64,000 bases of DNA from an uncultured cyanobacterium (GCA_963718615.1 OY970368.1:2592001-2656000), one strand, 5' to 3'; positions 27,750-37,655 are shown, numbered from the stretch's first letter. Numbers and translations are program-made. Notes: a model not told the origin generated them from the sequence alone.

Positions 27750-30203
27750 TTAGGTCCGCTCAGGGTGCTGGGTACTCCACCGCAGTAATAGAGAATTGGT
27801 TACGACCAAAACAGAGCTGAGCGCCATACAGGCTCCAGCCACAGCGGGGCTGACAGCGATGCCTTGGCTCGGCAACAGTAGACCCGCCGCCAGGGGAATC
27901 GCAATGAGATTGTAGCCGAAGGCCCAACCCAAATTTTGCTTGATTTTACGCAGGGTTGCTTCGCTCAGATCAAGGGCTGCGATCACATCCGTAAGGCGAT
28001 CGCCCAGGAGCACAATCTGAGCGGTTTCGATGGCAACTTCCGTTCCCGACCCCAGGGCAATCCCAACATCTGCTTGGGCTAGGGCTGGACCATCGTTGAT
28101 GCCGTCTCCAACCATGGCAACTTGGTGTCCTGCGGCTTGTAGTTGGGCGATCGCCTTGACTTTTCCTTCCGGCTGAACGTTGGCCCAAACCTGATCGGGC
28201 GTGAGGGACAAGGCTGGGGCGAGGGCGAGAGCTGTGGTGGGGCGATCGCCGGTCAACAATCGTAGGGAGAGACCCCGAGCCCGCAGTTGGTCTAGGGCGA
28301 GGGCGGCTTCGGGGCGAAGGGTATCGCTCAAGGCAATGAATCCCAGCACTCGTCCAACAGGGCCAGAAACAGGGCCAGAAGCCGATGAAGAGGCGTCCAG
28401 TTGAGCCAGATAGACCACGGTTTTGCCCGTAGCTGCGAGGGTGTCGGCTTGAGTGTCTAGCTCAGGGGTCAGAGAAATTCCTTGGGCCAGCAGACAGGCC
28501 CGATTGCCTAAAACCAGCCTCTGTCCTTGCACTTGTCCCACGACCCCCAATCCCGCTTGGGTTTGGTTCTGGTCAACGGGCAGGAGTGACAGCCCCTCGG
28601 ATTGAGCAGCCTCTAGGATAGCCAAGGCGATGGGGTGACGGGTCCCCGCCTCTAGGCTGGCAGCCCACTGCAAGATCTGAGTCGAGGGCACCGGTGTCCA
28701 GGCTCTGATCTCGCTGACCGTGGGTTTTCCCGTTGTCAACGTTCCAGTTTTATCGAAGACCACCGTATCAATGCGATGCACCTGCTCTAGAACATCCCCT
28801 CCCCGAATAAGCAACCCGCGTTCTGCCCCCAGACTGGACCCGACCAACATGGCTGTAGGAGTCGCTAAGCCAAGAGAACAGGGACAGGCCACGACTAGGA
28901 CGGCGATCGCCAATTTCAAACTCAACAGCAGCGGTGTCGTCGCCCCTACCGCCATGCCATGCATGGCCCCATGCCCCATACCCATCATCCAGCCCGATCC
29001 TTGGGCTAAAACCTGCGGCCAAAGGTGCACACCCAGGAAATACCAAAATCCAAACGTCAATACGGCCATGGTGATCACGCCATAGGCAAAATACCCCGCC
29101 ACCTGATCCACTAATTTCTGAATCGGAGCCTTGCGGGCCTGGGCCATTTCCACCAAATCGATCATCCGGGCCAGGGTCGTCTCGGAACCGGATTGGGTGA
29201 CGGCCAGCACCAAGGGAGCCGAAAGATTCAAACTGCCCGCACTGACGGTTTCTCCCTGGGTTTTCGCCACGGGTTCAAATTCTCCCGTAAGCATTGACTC
29301 ATCCACGCTGCTTTGGCCTGCAATCACCTGGCCATCCGCCGGAATTCGTTCACCGGGCAAAACCCGCACCCGTTCACCGACTTTTAAGCGACCAGCGGCG
29401 ATCGCCACCACTGGCTGATGTAGCGGAGCCAGGGCATCCTCTCCCACAACCAAAACCTGGGCCTGTTCCGGCTGTAGGGACAGCAAACCGCGTAGCGCCT
29501 GACCCGCCCGATGTCGAGCCTGGGCCTCTAGGGTTCGGCCCAAAAGGATAAACCCCAGCAACATCACCGGTTCATCAAAAAAACACTCCCAACCCAACCC
29601 CGGCACCAGTAGCGCCACTAAGCTCGCGCCGTAGGCACTAAGGGCACCAATGCCAACCAGCGTATTCATGTTGGGCATGCCGTGGCGCAGTCCCTGCCAA
29701 CCATTCTGAAAAATGGCTCGACAGAGAATGAGCGTACCTGTGGCCAGTGCCCAGTGCAGCCAAATGGGGTCAAGGAACGGAATTTCGACCCCGAGCCAGG
29801 GTTGTAGGTGGCCCAGGCTAGAGAGCAGAATGAGGAGGGCGGCGATCGCCAAGGAACGCCATCGATCCGCCAGGGGAGAATTTTGCTGACCAGGGGAGCG
29901 ACTCGACGCTTCATCCCCTTGGGGGGTATCCCGCCGTTGAGCCGAAAAGCCCACTTCGCTAAGGCTAGCCGCCAATTGGTCGGGATTGGTTTGCGCTGGC
30001 CAATATTCCACCAGCGCCACCGTCGTCACCAGATTGACCGTCGCCCGTTCCACCCCCGATTGCTGCAACAGCCGCTTTTCCACCGCACTGACACAACCGG
30101 CACATTTCATGCCTGAGATTTCCAGCGTCAGCAGGGTCGGACGAAGGGGAGAGGCTAAGGCTATCGACACAGGCACATCAGCGAGGGAAGAATCAAAAGG
30201 CAT
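27750..30203 (-). CDS. ctaA: Copper-translocating P1B-type ATPase, CtaA-like
   Basis: GMKCAGC HMA domain, CPC, DKTGT, HP, GDGIND, YN motifs; FFDEPVMLLGF typical of the CtaA/PAA clade. Confidence 0.85.
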   Translation of the reverse strand: MPFDSSLADVPVSIALASPLRPTLLTLEISGMKCAGCVSAVEKRLLQQSGVERATVNLVTTVALVEYWPAQTNPDQLAASLSEVGFSAQRRDTPQGDEASSRSPGQQNSPLADRWRSLAIAALLILLSSLGHLQPWLGVEIPFLDPIWLHWALATGTLILCRAIFQNGWQGLRHGMPNMNTLVGIGALSAYGASLVALLVPGLGWECFFDEPVMLLGFILLGRTLEAQARHRAGQALRGLLSLQPEQAQVLVVGEDALAPLHQPVVAIAAGRLKVGERVRVLPGERIPADGQVIAGQSSVDESMLTGEFEPVAKTQGETVSAGSLNLSAPLVLAVTQSGSETTLARMIDLVEMAQARKAPIQKLVDQVAGYFAYGVITMAVLTFGFWYFLGVHLWPQVLAQGSGWMMGMGHGAMHGMAVGATTPLLLSLKLAIAVLVVACPCSLGLATPTAMLVGSSLGAERGLLIRGGDVLEQVHRIDTVVFDKTGTLTTGKPTVSEIRAWTPVPSTQILQWAASLEAGTRHPIALAILEAAQSEGLSLLPVDQNQTQAGLGVVGQVQGQRLVLGNRACLLAQGISLTPELDTQADTLAATGKTVVYLAQLDASSSASGPVSGPVGRVLGFIALSDTLRPEAALALDQLRARGLSLRLLTGDRPTTALALAPALSLTPDQVWANVQPEGKVKAIAQLQAAGHQVAMVGDGINDGPALAQADVGIALGSGTEVAIETAQIVLLGDRLTDVIAALDLSEATLRKIKQNLGWAFGYNLIAIPLAAGLLLPSQGIAVSPAVAGACMALSSVLVVTNSLLLRWSTQHPERT

Positions 30204-30270
30204 GGGCACCGGGAGAGCAAGTCATTACTCCCAGTTTAAGATGAGAAAAGTTTTTGTTCGTGACTGAGCC

Positions 30271-30567
30271 ATGGCCGCCAACAATTCCAGTGACACGAAT
30301 CAAAGCCATCCCCTTTGGCATAAGGATCGGGCGACACTGAATCAAATTTTGCAGGGTGAGCCAACGGACTTGCATTTGGTAGAAGCCGCTCGGCTGCGGA
30401 TTCGCTACCAAGGGTTTCCGGGGGCGCAGGATATCAAGACCGATCTGGACAAGGTGCTGCAGCTCTGGGGGTTGACGGAAGAGCAGCTATTTGAAAAAAC
30501 CCGAGCCATTCATGCCATCGGTCAAGTGTATCGAGGGGTCGGGGACGACCAGGAAGACTGGAGCTAA
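30271..30567 (+). CDS. DUF3288-like cyanobacterial protein
   Basis: QSHPL...ARLRIRYQGFPGA...EDWS. Confidence 0.8.
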   Translation: MAANNSSDTNQSHPLWHKDRATLNQILQGEPTDLHLVEAARLRIRYQGFPGAQDIKTDLDKVLQLWGLTEEQLFEKTRAIHAIGQVYRGVGDDQEDWS

Positions 30568-31664
30568 GACGCAGCCGATAGCAAGGCCCAAAGGCCATTG
30601 ACCACTTGCTGGGTTACCCCCACAAAAAATTCGCGATTCACCTGCTCCAACGTATCCGTGGGCTGATGGTAATGGGGATTGCGCAAATTGCCCGTATCGG
30701 AAACGAGCACAGCACCCAATCCCCCTAACCAAAAGGGTGCATGATCGCTGCGCAGGACATCGGGTGTTAGTAAGCCTTTGAAGGGAACCGGCAACGTGTA
30801 GACCGGGGGCGATTGTGGGTCAGCGGCTTGTTCAAAGGCTTTCAGCAAGGCGGGATGCTCAGCATCTCCGACGATGGCAATAAAATCACCGCGATCGCTC
30901 GGAGCCTGGTCCTTCAGCAGCTCCGGATACTGCTGACAGCCCGGTGTATCACAGGTGGCTCCCAACATATCTAGAATCACGGCCCCCTGTAACCTCGCCA
31001 GCCGCTCCGGCGTCGCAAAGGCAAAACTGCCCAAAAGTCCCTGCTCCTCCCGGTCAAACAGGACTAACATCAGGCTATTCAGCCCAGCTCCCTCGGCAGC
31101 CCCCCGTTCGCCAGCCCCCCGCTCGGCAGTCCCATAGAGCCGCCCGATTTCCAGAACAGCTGCGACTCCCGTACCATTGTCATTCGTACCGGGTGACTGC
31201 GGCACCGTATCGTAGTGGGCACCCACCAGCCAAGTCTTTTGGACCGACTGAGCCGATGGAGGCCAAGTCGCCACCACATTGATGCCCCCCTCAAACGCCG
31301 CTTCATCGACTTGCCAGCCCCAATCCTCTAGGGAGCGCTTGATGAACGCCCGAGCTTGCGATCGCGCCCCTGCCCCAAACCGTTCCTGGGAGAATGGCTC
31401 CAGATCAGCCCAGAGGCGATCGCCCTCCACCCGAGGCGCTGAGGCCGGACGGGGGCTGGGAGATTCCAACCCTGCTGGCGGGGAAGATGGAGCCGGTTGA
31501 ACCGTGGGAATTGCGACGACAGCATCCCGGTGAACCCCGGCCTGAAGAGAACGCCAGCTTGTGCAGGCGATTAAGCACAAACCACAGATGAGGGCGATCG
31601 CCCCGATCTGTCCCAAGCGTTTTAACCGACTCCCTCGACGCCGATGTAATCGAGATTGGCCCAT
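30564..31664 (-). CDS. M28-family metallopeptidase, exported
   Basis: GAHYDTV, NDNGTG, FDREEQGLLGS, SDHAPF, YHQPTD; N-terminal hydrophobic signal. Confidence 0.9.
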   Translation of the reverse strand: MGQSRLHRRRGSRLKRLGQIGAIALICGLCLIACTSWRSLQAGVHRDAVVAIPTVQPAPSSPPAGLESPSPRPASAPRVEGDRLWADLEPFSQERFGAGARSQARAFIKRSLEDWGWQVDEAAFEGGINVVATWPPSAQSVQKTWLVGAHYDTVPQSPGTNDNGTGVAAVLEIGRLYGTAERGAGERGAAEGAGLNSLMLVLFDREEQGLLGSFAFATPERLARLQGAVILDMLGATCDTPGCQQYPELLKDQAPSDRGDFIAIVGDAEHPALLKAFEQAADPQSPPVYTLPVPFKGLLTPDVLRSDHAPFWLGGLGAVLVSDTGNLRNPHYHQPTDTLEQVNREFFVGVTQQVVNGLWALLSAAS

Positions 31665-31726
31665 AGGGTCGCTCCTCGGAAAGGTTAAGATAGAAAGCAG
31701 ATTCCAAACGCTAGCTAGGGCGCGGT

Positions 31727-32248
31727 ATGCCAAGAACACAGCGAAACGACAACTTCATCGATAAGTCTTTCACCGTCATGGCAGACATCATCCTCAAGGT
31801 GCTGCCGACCAGCAAAAAGGCCAAAGAAGCCTTTGCCTATTATCGTGACGGCATGTCCGCCCAAGCGGATGGGGAATATGCTGAAGCCCTTGAAAATTAC
31901 CAAGAAGCCCTGCGCCTAGAGGAAGACCCCTACGATCGTAGCTATATTCTCTATAACGTGGGTTTAGTTCACACCAGTAACGGCGACCACGAGCGTGCCA
32001 TTGATTGCTACCTCCAAGCCGTTGACCTCAACCCCAAACTCCCCCAAGCCTTTAACAATATTGCGGTGATTTATCATTTCCAGGGAGAGCGGGCTCAAGA
32101 AGCGGATCGCGGAGAAGATGCGAACGATTTGTTTGATAAAGCCGCAGAATACTGGGTCAAAGCCATTCGACTCGCCCCCAACAACTACATCGAAGCCCAA
32201 AACTGGCTCAAAACCACAGGTCGTGCCAATATTGACGCATTTTTCTAA
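31727..32248 (+). CDS. ycf3: Photosystem I assembly TPR protein Ycf3
   Basis: [13 protein letters not shown]...[10 protein letters not shown]. Confidence 0.98.
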   Translation: MPRTQRNDNFIDKSFTVMADIILKVLPTSKKAKEAFAYYRDGMSAQADGEYAEALENYQEALRLEEDPYDRSYILYNVGLVHTSNGDHERAIDCYLQAVDLNPKLPQAFNNIAVIYHFQGERAQEADRGEDANDLFDKAAEYWVKAIRLAPNNYIEAQNWLKTTGRANIDAFF

Positions 32249-32307
32249 GGCACTTCTCAGCCCACCGATTGCTCACCGATTGCCCTCTTTGAGATAATTT
32301 CAGACCC

Positions 32308-32598
32308 ATGATCGATCGCGACCAAGTCCACCGCGTTGCCCATCTCGCCCGACTCGACCTGCAAGTGGAAGAAGAACAGCAATTTGCCCAGCAGCTCAGC
32401 GGCATCTTGGAGTATTTTGAGCAGCTCAGCGAACTTGACACAGACAACGTGCCGCCCACAACCCGCGCCATTGACGTCAGCAATATTACCCGTGTGGATC
32501 AGCATCAACTCACCCTCAATCGGGAAGAGATTTTAGATTGTGCACCCGAGCGGGAAGGTGATTTTTTTCGAGTTCCTAAAATTTTGGGAGACGACTAA
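32308..32598 (+). CDS. gatC: Asp/Glu-tRNA amidotransferase subunit C
   Basis: VAHLARL...FFRVPKIL. Confidence 0.96.
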   Translation: MIDRDQVHRVAHLARLDLQVEEEQQFAQQLSGILEYFEQLSELDTDNVPPTTRAIDVSNITRVDQHQLTLNREEILDCAPEREGDFFRVPKILGDD

Positions 32599-32602
32599 CA
32601 CC

Positions 32603-33088
32603 ATGGCAAGAGACGGGGCTAGCTGGCTCGAACATAGCGTTCAGGTTGAAGTTGATGTTCCTGTCGATTACGTCTGGGAGCTCTGGTCCGATCTCGAACA
32701 AATGCCCAGATGGATGAAATGGATTGATACGGTTTCAATCTCAGATACAGACCCAGAGATTTCCCGTTGGAAGCTCAGTGCTGGATCCTTCGAGTTTAGC
32801 TGGAACTCTCGCATTGTTAAGCTGATTCCCCAGCAGCTCATCCAGTGGGAATCCATTGATGGATTACCCAATCGCGGCGGCATCCGCTTTTACGATCGCA
32901 AGGCCAGCAGTATTGTCAAACTCACCGTCGCCTACGACATTCCTGGCATCGTCGGTCAGCTCATGGACAATTTGTTCCTAGGCAGATTAGTCGAGTCCAA
33001 TCTGCAATCGGATCTATTTCGATTTCGAGATTACGCCCTGGAGACTTGGCGATCGCAATCTTCTCCTCCAACCGACACGGTCACTTGA
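32603..33088 (+). CDS. SRPBCC/polyketide cyclase-like protein
   Basis: WLEHSVQVEV, WSDLEQMPRWMKWI, GLPNRG; ATG 32603. Confidence 0.85.
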   Translation: MARDGASWLEHSVQVEVDVPVDYVWELWSDLEQMPRWMKWIDTVSISDTDPEISRWKLSAGSFEFSWNSRIVKLIPQQLIQWESIDGLPNRGGIRFYDRKASSIVKLTVAYDIPGIVGQLMDNLFLGRLVESNLQSDLFRFRDYALETWRSQSSPPTDTVT

Positions 33089-33391
33089 TTATTCAAAACC
33101 CCAGTGTTTGAAACGCCAGTTCTTAAAACTCCAGTAAAGAGAGTGGGACTTTTCGCCCACACCTGATAGGCTAAACCACAGCATCATCTGAAGCAGAATA
33201 AAGTCAGGGAACATCAACCCTTAGCGTGTTGTTGTTTCTCAATCCCTGTCAGTCACAGGCGGACCTCAAAGACTTCCGTATAAGTTGGGTTGTCTTGTTT
33301 CCGTTAAAACCGGATATTGGATAAAGCCAGTGGGTATTTTGTCCAAGTAGTGAGATATCCGTTTTGATATTCACGCAAGGGTCGTTGACAC

Positions 33392-34174
33392 ATGCAGCAC
33401 GCTAATAGCACCGTTCTCAAGCAAGAGAGTCTGGAGCTTCTTCAGCAATATCGCGAGACTCCCTCTGCTGAGCTGCGGAATCGGTTGGTAGAGCTCAATT
33501 TTGGTCTTGTCCGTCGAGAAGCGCTTCACTGGGTTCAGCAATGCAACGAAAGCTATGAAGATTTGGTTCAAGTCGGTAGCCTTGGCCTGATTCGAGCCGT
33601 CGAGCGATTTCAGCTCTCTCGGGGACACGCATTCAGTTCCTTTGCCATTCCCTACATTCGTGGCGAAATTCAACACTATTTACGGGACAAAGGCGCGACG
33701 GTACGAATTCCGCGCCGCTGGCTAGAGCTCCGTCAGCAAGCTGCTAGCTTTATTCGTCGCCATCATAGCGAGGGGAAGGGTTTGCCTTCTGATCTGGAGA
33801 TTGCGGAAGCGCTGGCCATTTCCCTGGAAGACTGGCAAGACGTTAAACTCGCCCACAGCAACCGTTCTCCCCTTAGTCTGGATGCCCCAATTCAGGATCA
33901 AGACGAGGACGCTACGACGATGGGACAGTTGCTGCCCGATCCTCGCTACAAGAGTTTTCATTTGGCGCAAGAAGACCAAATCCGTCTTCAGCAAGCCTTG
34001 GCCCAGGTTGAACAGCGCACCCGCGACATTTTGGAGTTTGTGTTTTTACATGATCTGACCCAGCGAGAGACGGCTGAGCGCTTAGGTATTAGCTCTGTCA
34101 CCGTCTCTCGGCGGGTTAAAACGGGCCTACAGTCACTGAAAAACTTGCTGTCCCATGGGGAGGAGTCGATTTAA
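33392..34174 (+). CDS. sigF: RNA polymerase sigma factor SigF
   Basis: DLVQVGSLGLIRAVERF, FAIPYIRGEIQHYLRD, DLTQRETAERLGIS. Confidence 0.93.
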   Translation: MQHANSTVLKQESLELLQQYRETPSAELRNRLVELNFGLVRREALHWVQQCNESYEDLVQVGSLGLIRAVERFQLSRGHAFSSFAIPYIRGEIQHYLRDKGATVRIPRRWLELRQQAASFIRRHHSEGKGLPSDLEIAEALAISLEDWQDVKLAHSNRSPLSLDAPIQDQDEDATTMGQLLPDPRYKSFHLAQEDQIRLQQALAQVEQRTRDILEFVFLHDLTQRETAERLGISSVTVSRRVKTGLQSLKNLLSHGEESI

Positions 34175-34189
34175 GGGCGCTAGGATGGG

Positions 34190-35161
34190 TCAATAGGCCC
34201 GACCCAGGACATAGTCCGCAAGCTGGAACAGGGCTTGGCGCGCATTGGAGGGCGGCAAATCTCCTAGGGCTTGCTCTGCTAACTGGGCATGATATTTCGC
34301 TAATTCCCGCGCCCGCTCGATGCCTCGGCTTGCGTGAATGACGGCGATCGCCTGTTCCCAGTCTCCTTCTTGGCTAAATTCCCGCTCAATCCAAGTGGCC
34401 AAGGCAGGTTGTTCTTCGAGGGCATAGAGCGCCGGAGCCGTCAGATGACCATGCTTTAGGTCCGAGCCGGCAGGTTTCCCCAACACCTCTTCAGACCCCG
34501 TAAAGTCTAGAATGTCATCCACAATCTGAAAGGCCAAGCCTAGGTTCCGGCCATATTGATAGAGCTGCTCTTGCAAAGGCTCTGACACTTGGCTTAAAAC
34601 GCCAGCAGCCTTAGCACTATTGGCAATCAGAGATGCGGTTTTATCGTAGGTCTTCTCCAAATAGGTTTCCACCGATAAACTCGTATCGAATCGATTGAGT
34701 CCCTGCAAAATTTCTCCTTCAGCCAAATCCATAATCACCTGAGAAAGCAGCTTCACCACGGTGAGGTTATCGAGATTGGCCAAATACCAAGAGGATTGCG
34801 CGAAGAGAAAATCCCCAGCCAGAACGGCAACCCGGTTGGTAAAACTACTGTGGACCGTAGGTACCCCTCGACGCAGGGAGGACTCGTCTACCACATCGTC
34901 ATGGACGAGGCTCGCCGTGTGAATCATTTCTGTGATCTCGGCTAGGCGACGATGACGGGGGGTGAGCTCTTGCCCATTGAGCGTGGCCCGAGCGACCAAA
35001 AAGACGACTGCCGGGCGAAGCCGTTTTCCCCCTGCGCCGAATAGATGCTCCGCCGCCGCATACAAAATGGGATGACGCGCACCGATGAGCTGCTTCAGGT
35101 TATCCGTGAGCAGTTCTAGGTCTGCCTCGACCGGGGAAAACAAAGAGGTCGCTGAGGTCAT
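34190..35161 (-). CDS. sds: Solanesyl diphosphate synthase
   Basis: MTSATSLF, GGKRLRP, HDDVVD, DDILD. Confidence 0.93.
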   Translation of the reverse strand: MTSATSLFSPVEADLELLTDNLKQLIGARHPILYAAAEHLFGAGGKRLRPAVVFLVARATLNGQELTPRHRRLAEITEMIHTASLVHDDVVDESSLRRGVPTVHSSFTNRVAVLAGDFLFAQSSWYLANLDNLTVVKLLSQVIMDLAEGEILQGLNRFDTSLSVETYLEKTYDKTASLIANSAKAAGVLSQVSEPLQEQLYQYGRNLGLAFQIVDDILDFTGSEEVLGKPAGSDLKHGHLTAPALYALEEQPALATWIEREFSQEGDWEQAIAVIHASRGIERARELAKYHAQLAEQALGDLPPSNARQALFQLADYVLGRAY

Positions 35162-35179
35162 GGATTAGCCTACTCGGGC

Positions 35180-35207
35180 GTTACGAAATTTTACAGTTCC
35201 TTACATC
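35180..35207. promoter_or_regulatory. HLR1-like (RpaB) triple direct repeat upstream of sds
   Basis: GTTACGAA-at-TTTACAGT-tc-CTTACATC at 10-bp period; candidate -10 TAGAAT on the minus strand at 35209-35214. Confidence 0.55.
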
Positions 35208-35991
35208 GATTCTAAGGCAAGCATTGGCGTTCTCGCACGTTAGGGCTGCAATTCTGCTCTAGGACTGAGGTTGGAGCCTGCCAAAGAATGCTGAGGTACA
35301 GGTGTCATGGAATCTGAGAACGCTGTGGATCTGCCCTAGATTTTACTTTCAGTGGAGTTGTTCAAACCGTTATGCCATCAAGGTCTCGGACTGTAAAGAA
35401 GGGGTAGCCTCTTCCCCGGAATCCGTGTTACATTGATTATTAGAAATCGAAGGTGCTTTTCTCGTTTTTGCAAATAATGATTGGGCAAAGGTGGAGTCTA
35501 GCGAAGATAGCTTGAGAAAGTTATTTTGTTGAATGCTAGGCTTGAACAGGATCGAATCTTGCGATCGCCTTTCTCAACATCGCAAAAGCTAGCATCAAAG
35601 ACATTCGCGGTAGTCGTCATAGACCAAGCTTGTGGGTAGGGCTGATTTCAGTCTCTGCTTAGATTCGGCGTCCTAGTGATGGAAAAGCTGGATGTGAGAT
35701 GTGTGTTTTAGGCGCATATCTTGACTGCTTTGCAGTCGCATCCTCGTCACCGGGCTAATGTATGTCAGTGCCATAGGAACTTTATCCTGCTGGTTGTGCA
35801 TTCGGCCTTAGACCTTTCCGAGATTACTGCAAACCACCACTCACACCGTTCATACTCCCTGGTTTTTGCTGGCGATCGCTAGCGAATTAAACCATGGTTT
35901 TAGGCTAGGCTTTTCCTTTTAGGAGCGTCCTAGTCTCCTTTCCCCTATCTAAAAATCTATTCCTCCTTGACTCGAACTTTAGAGACGTTCA

Positions 35992-36099
35992 ATGATTCAA
36001 TCACACCACATCATCATCACGGTCCCTTTATTGGCTAGTGTGTATTTGTTTAGTATCTACTTGTTATTTGTCTTACTGGCGCGACGAGCGGTGGATTGA
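35992..36099 (+). CDS. Putative 35-aa single-pass membrane peptide MIQSHHIIITVPLLASVYLFSIYLLFVLLARRAVD
   Basis: Uncharged hydrophobic run of about 24 aa followed by RR; lies in a 1-kb gap; below the ORF-track cutoff. Confidence 0.6.
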   Translation: MIQSHHIIITVPLLASVYLFSIYLLFVLLARRAVD

Positions 36100-36203
36100 G
36101 GCTGCGATCGCGATCTTCAGACAGGGCAATGTTGCATAATGCCCCGTCACATTCAGTACTCAGAAGCACATATCGACCGTAGAAATCTCGACATCCCAGG
36201 GGA

Positions 36204-37124
36204 TTACGACGCTGCGACATCCACCGAGGCCGCTACCGGCAGGCTGGGTGCAAAACTAATTTGCTCCACATTGGGCCGATAGCCTAACCATTGAGCCGAA
36301 ACTTCAGCGAAGGGATAGGGATTGCCGCTCACGCCAAACCGGGTCGGTCTAGGCTGGCGGAAATTTCTCAGGCCCATGGCGTCTAGTTCGCGGGCTGCCG
36401 CCGCAACCACATGGGCTGCCGGATCCACGAAATTAACGGAGGTCGGCAGGATTTGCTGGAGGACGGGGGCGAGATGGGGATAATGGGTGCAGCCATAGAC
36501 CAGGGTGTCAATTTGGGCTTGCAGAAGTGGCTCTAGATACCCTTGGGCAATTTCCTGAGCTTCGGGGGTAAAAATGCGACCCTGCTCAACCAAATGGACA
36601 AATTCAGGACAGCCAATCTGCCAAACTTCAGCAGTGGGGTCGATCTCGTGAACGGCGTGGCGGTAGGCTTGGCTGGAGGCTGTTGCTTGGGTTGAAATGA
36701 CCCCAATCCGTTTGCCTTGCTGAACCGCTGCCCTTGCCCCCGGTAAGATGAGCCCTAGGGTCGGAAAATCATAGTCATCCTGAACGGCTTCTAGGGCCAA
36801 GGCAGAACTGGTATTGCAGGCCATGATCACCATCTTGACGCCCTGCTGACTCATCCACCCAAGGATGTCATGGACGAAGGCAATAATTTCCTCGCGGGAC
36901 CGCGTTCCATAGGGAAGACGCGCGGTGTCGCCAAAATAGAGCACGGACTCCTGGGGCAACTGATGATAAAGCTCTCGTAAGACCGTAATGCCGCCGACTC
37001 CACTATCAAAAATACCGATAGGGGCAGTCTCTGGAGAAAGCGAGTAATTGACTTCAGCCGATGCCGCACAACTTTTATCGGACTGGGAACCGGACCGGGA
37101 ACTGGAAAACGAATGCCGCTGCAT
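36204..37124 (-). CDS. murI: Glutamate racemase
   Basis: FDSGVGG, ACNTSS, GCTHYP; start ATG 37124 or GTG 37136. Confidence 0.96.
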   Translation of the reverse strand: MQRHSFSSSRSGSQSDKSCAASAEVNYSLSPETAPIGIFDSGVGGITVLRELYHQLPQESVLYFGDTARLPYGTRSREEIIAFVHDILGWMSQQGVKMVIMACNTSSALALEAVQDDYDFPTLGLILPGARAAVQQGKRIGVISTQATASSQAYRHAVHEIDPTAEVWQIGCPEFVHLVEQGRIFTPEAQEIAQGYLEPLLQAQIDTLVYGCTHYPHLAPVLQQILPTSVNFVDPAAHVVAAAARELDAMGLRNFRQPRPTRFGVSGNPYPFAEVSAQWLGYRPNVEQISFAPSLPVAASVDVAAS

Positions 37125-37453
37125 TAATTCAAGCACTCCTCACGTTAAAGGATTAGCAAAGGGATGAGTGACCACCACAATCGACTCACCTTCTACCAAA
37201 ACACAAACCACGAACTCTTAACTAGAACTGGCGATCGCCAAAAGACGTGCAAGTCCCGACTTTCATTAGGTACAAGCTATCTCCAATAAATGTCAAACAG
37301 CTTAGCATGGGTTTTTGAGATCCCCCAGGTTTCTCTATTTGAGCTTTAGTTCTGGCGGTTTTAGCCTACCCCGGTGACCCGAGGGAAGGGGTAATCACCC
37401 TGCATGGGGTCAAACTCCAGGATCGGTCAAAAAGATCAGGCTTGTCCAGATGG

Positions 37454-37486
37454 AAAAGCGACTCTTCTCGCCAGAAAAGTCGCTTT
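37454..37486 (-). terminator. Terminator hairpin downstream of ndhP
   Basis: AAAGCGACT-CTTCT-CGCC-AGAAA-AGTCGCTTT inverted repeat. Confidence 0.65.
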
Positions 37487-37532
37487 GGTCAAAAAATTAG
37501 CGAAAAGATTTAGTGAAACCCCAACCCTGGGC

Positions 37533-37655
37533 CTAATGGGCTGAACCATTGCCGTGATAATTGTCGGAATCGTAGAACCCATTCTTGGTTCCGAAGAATA
37601 GAGTGGTTGCGAGGAAGATGAGGGTGAGCAACGCCAAGATCAGTTTGATATCCAT
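37533..37655 (-). CDS. ndhP: NDH-1L complex small subunit NdhP (40 aa)
   Basis: Manual translation MDIKLILALLTLIFLATTLFFGTKNGFYDSDNYHGNGSAH; the FFGTxNGFYD..YHGNGSAH tail is diagnostic. Not in the ORF track. Confidence 0.93.
   Translation of the reverse strand: MDIKLILALLTLIFLATTLFFGTKNGFYDSDNYHGNGSAH

Noticed and set aside
35837-35858. The yfr1 gene itself
   Set aside because: Lacks the exact ACTCCTCACAC 11-mer (reads CCACTCACAC); kept only as a Yfr1-like candidate.
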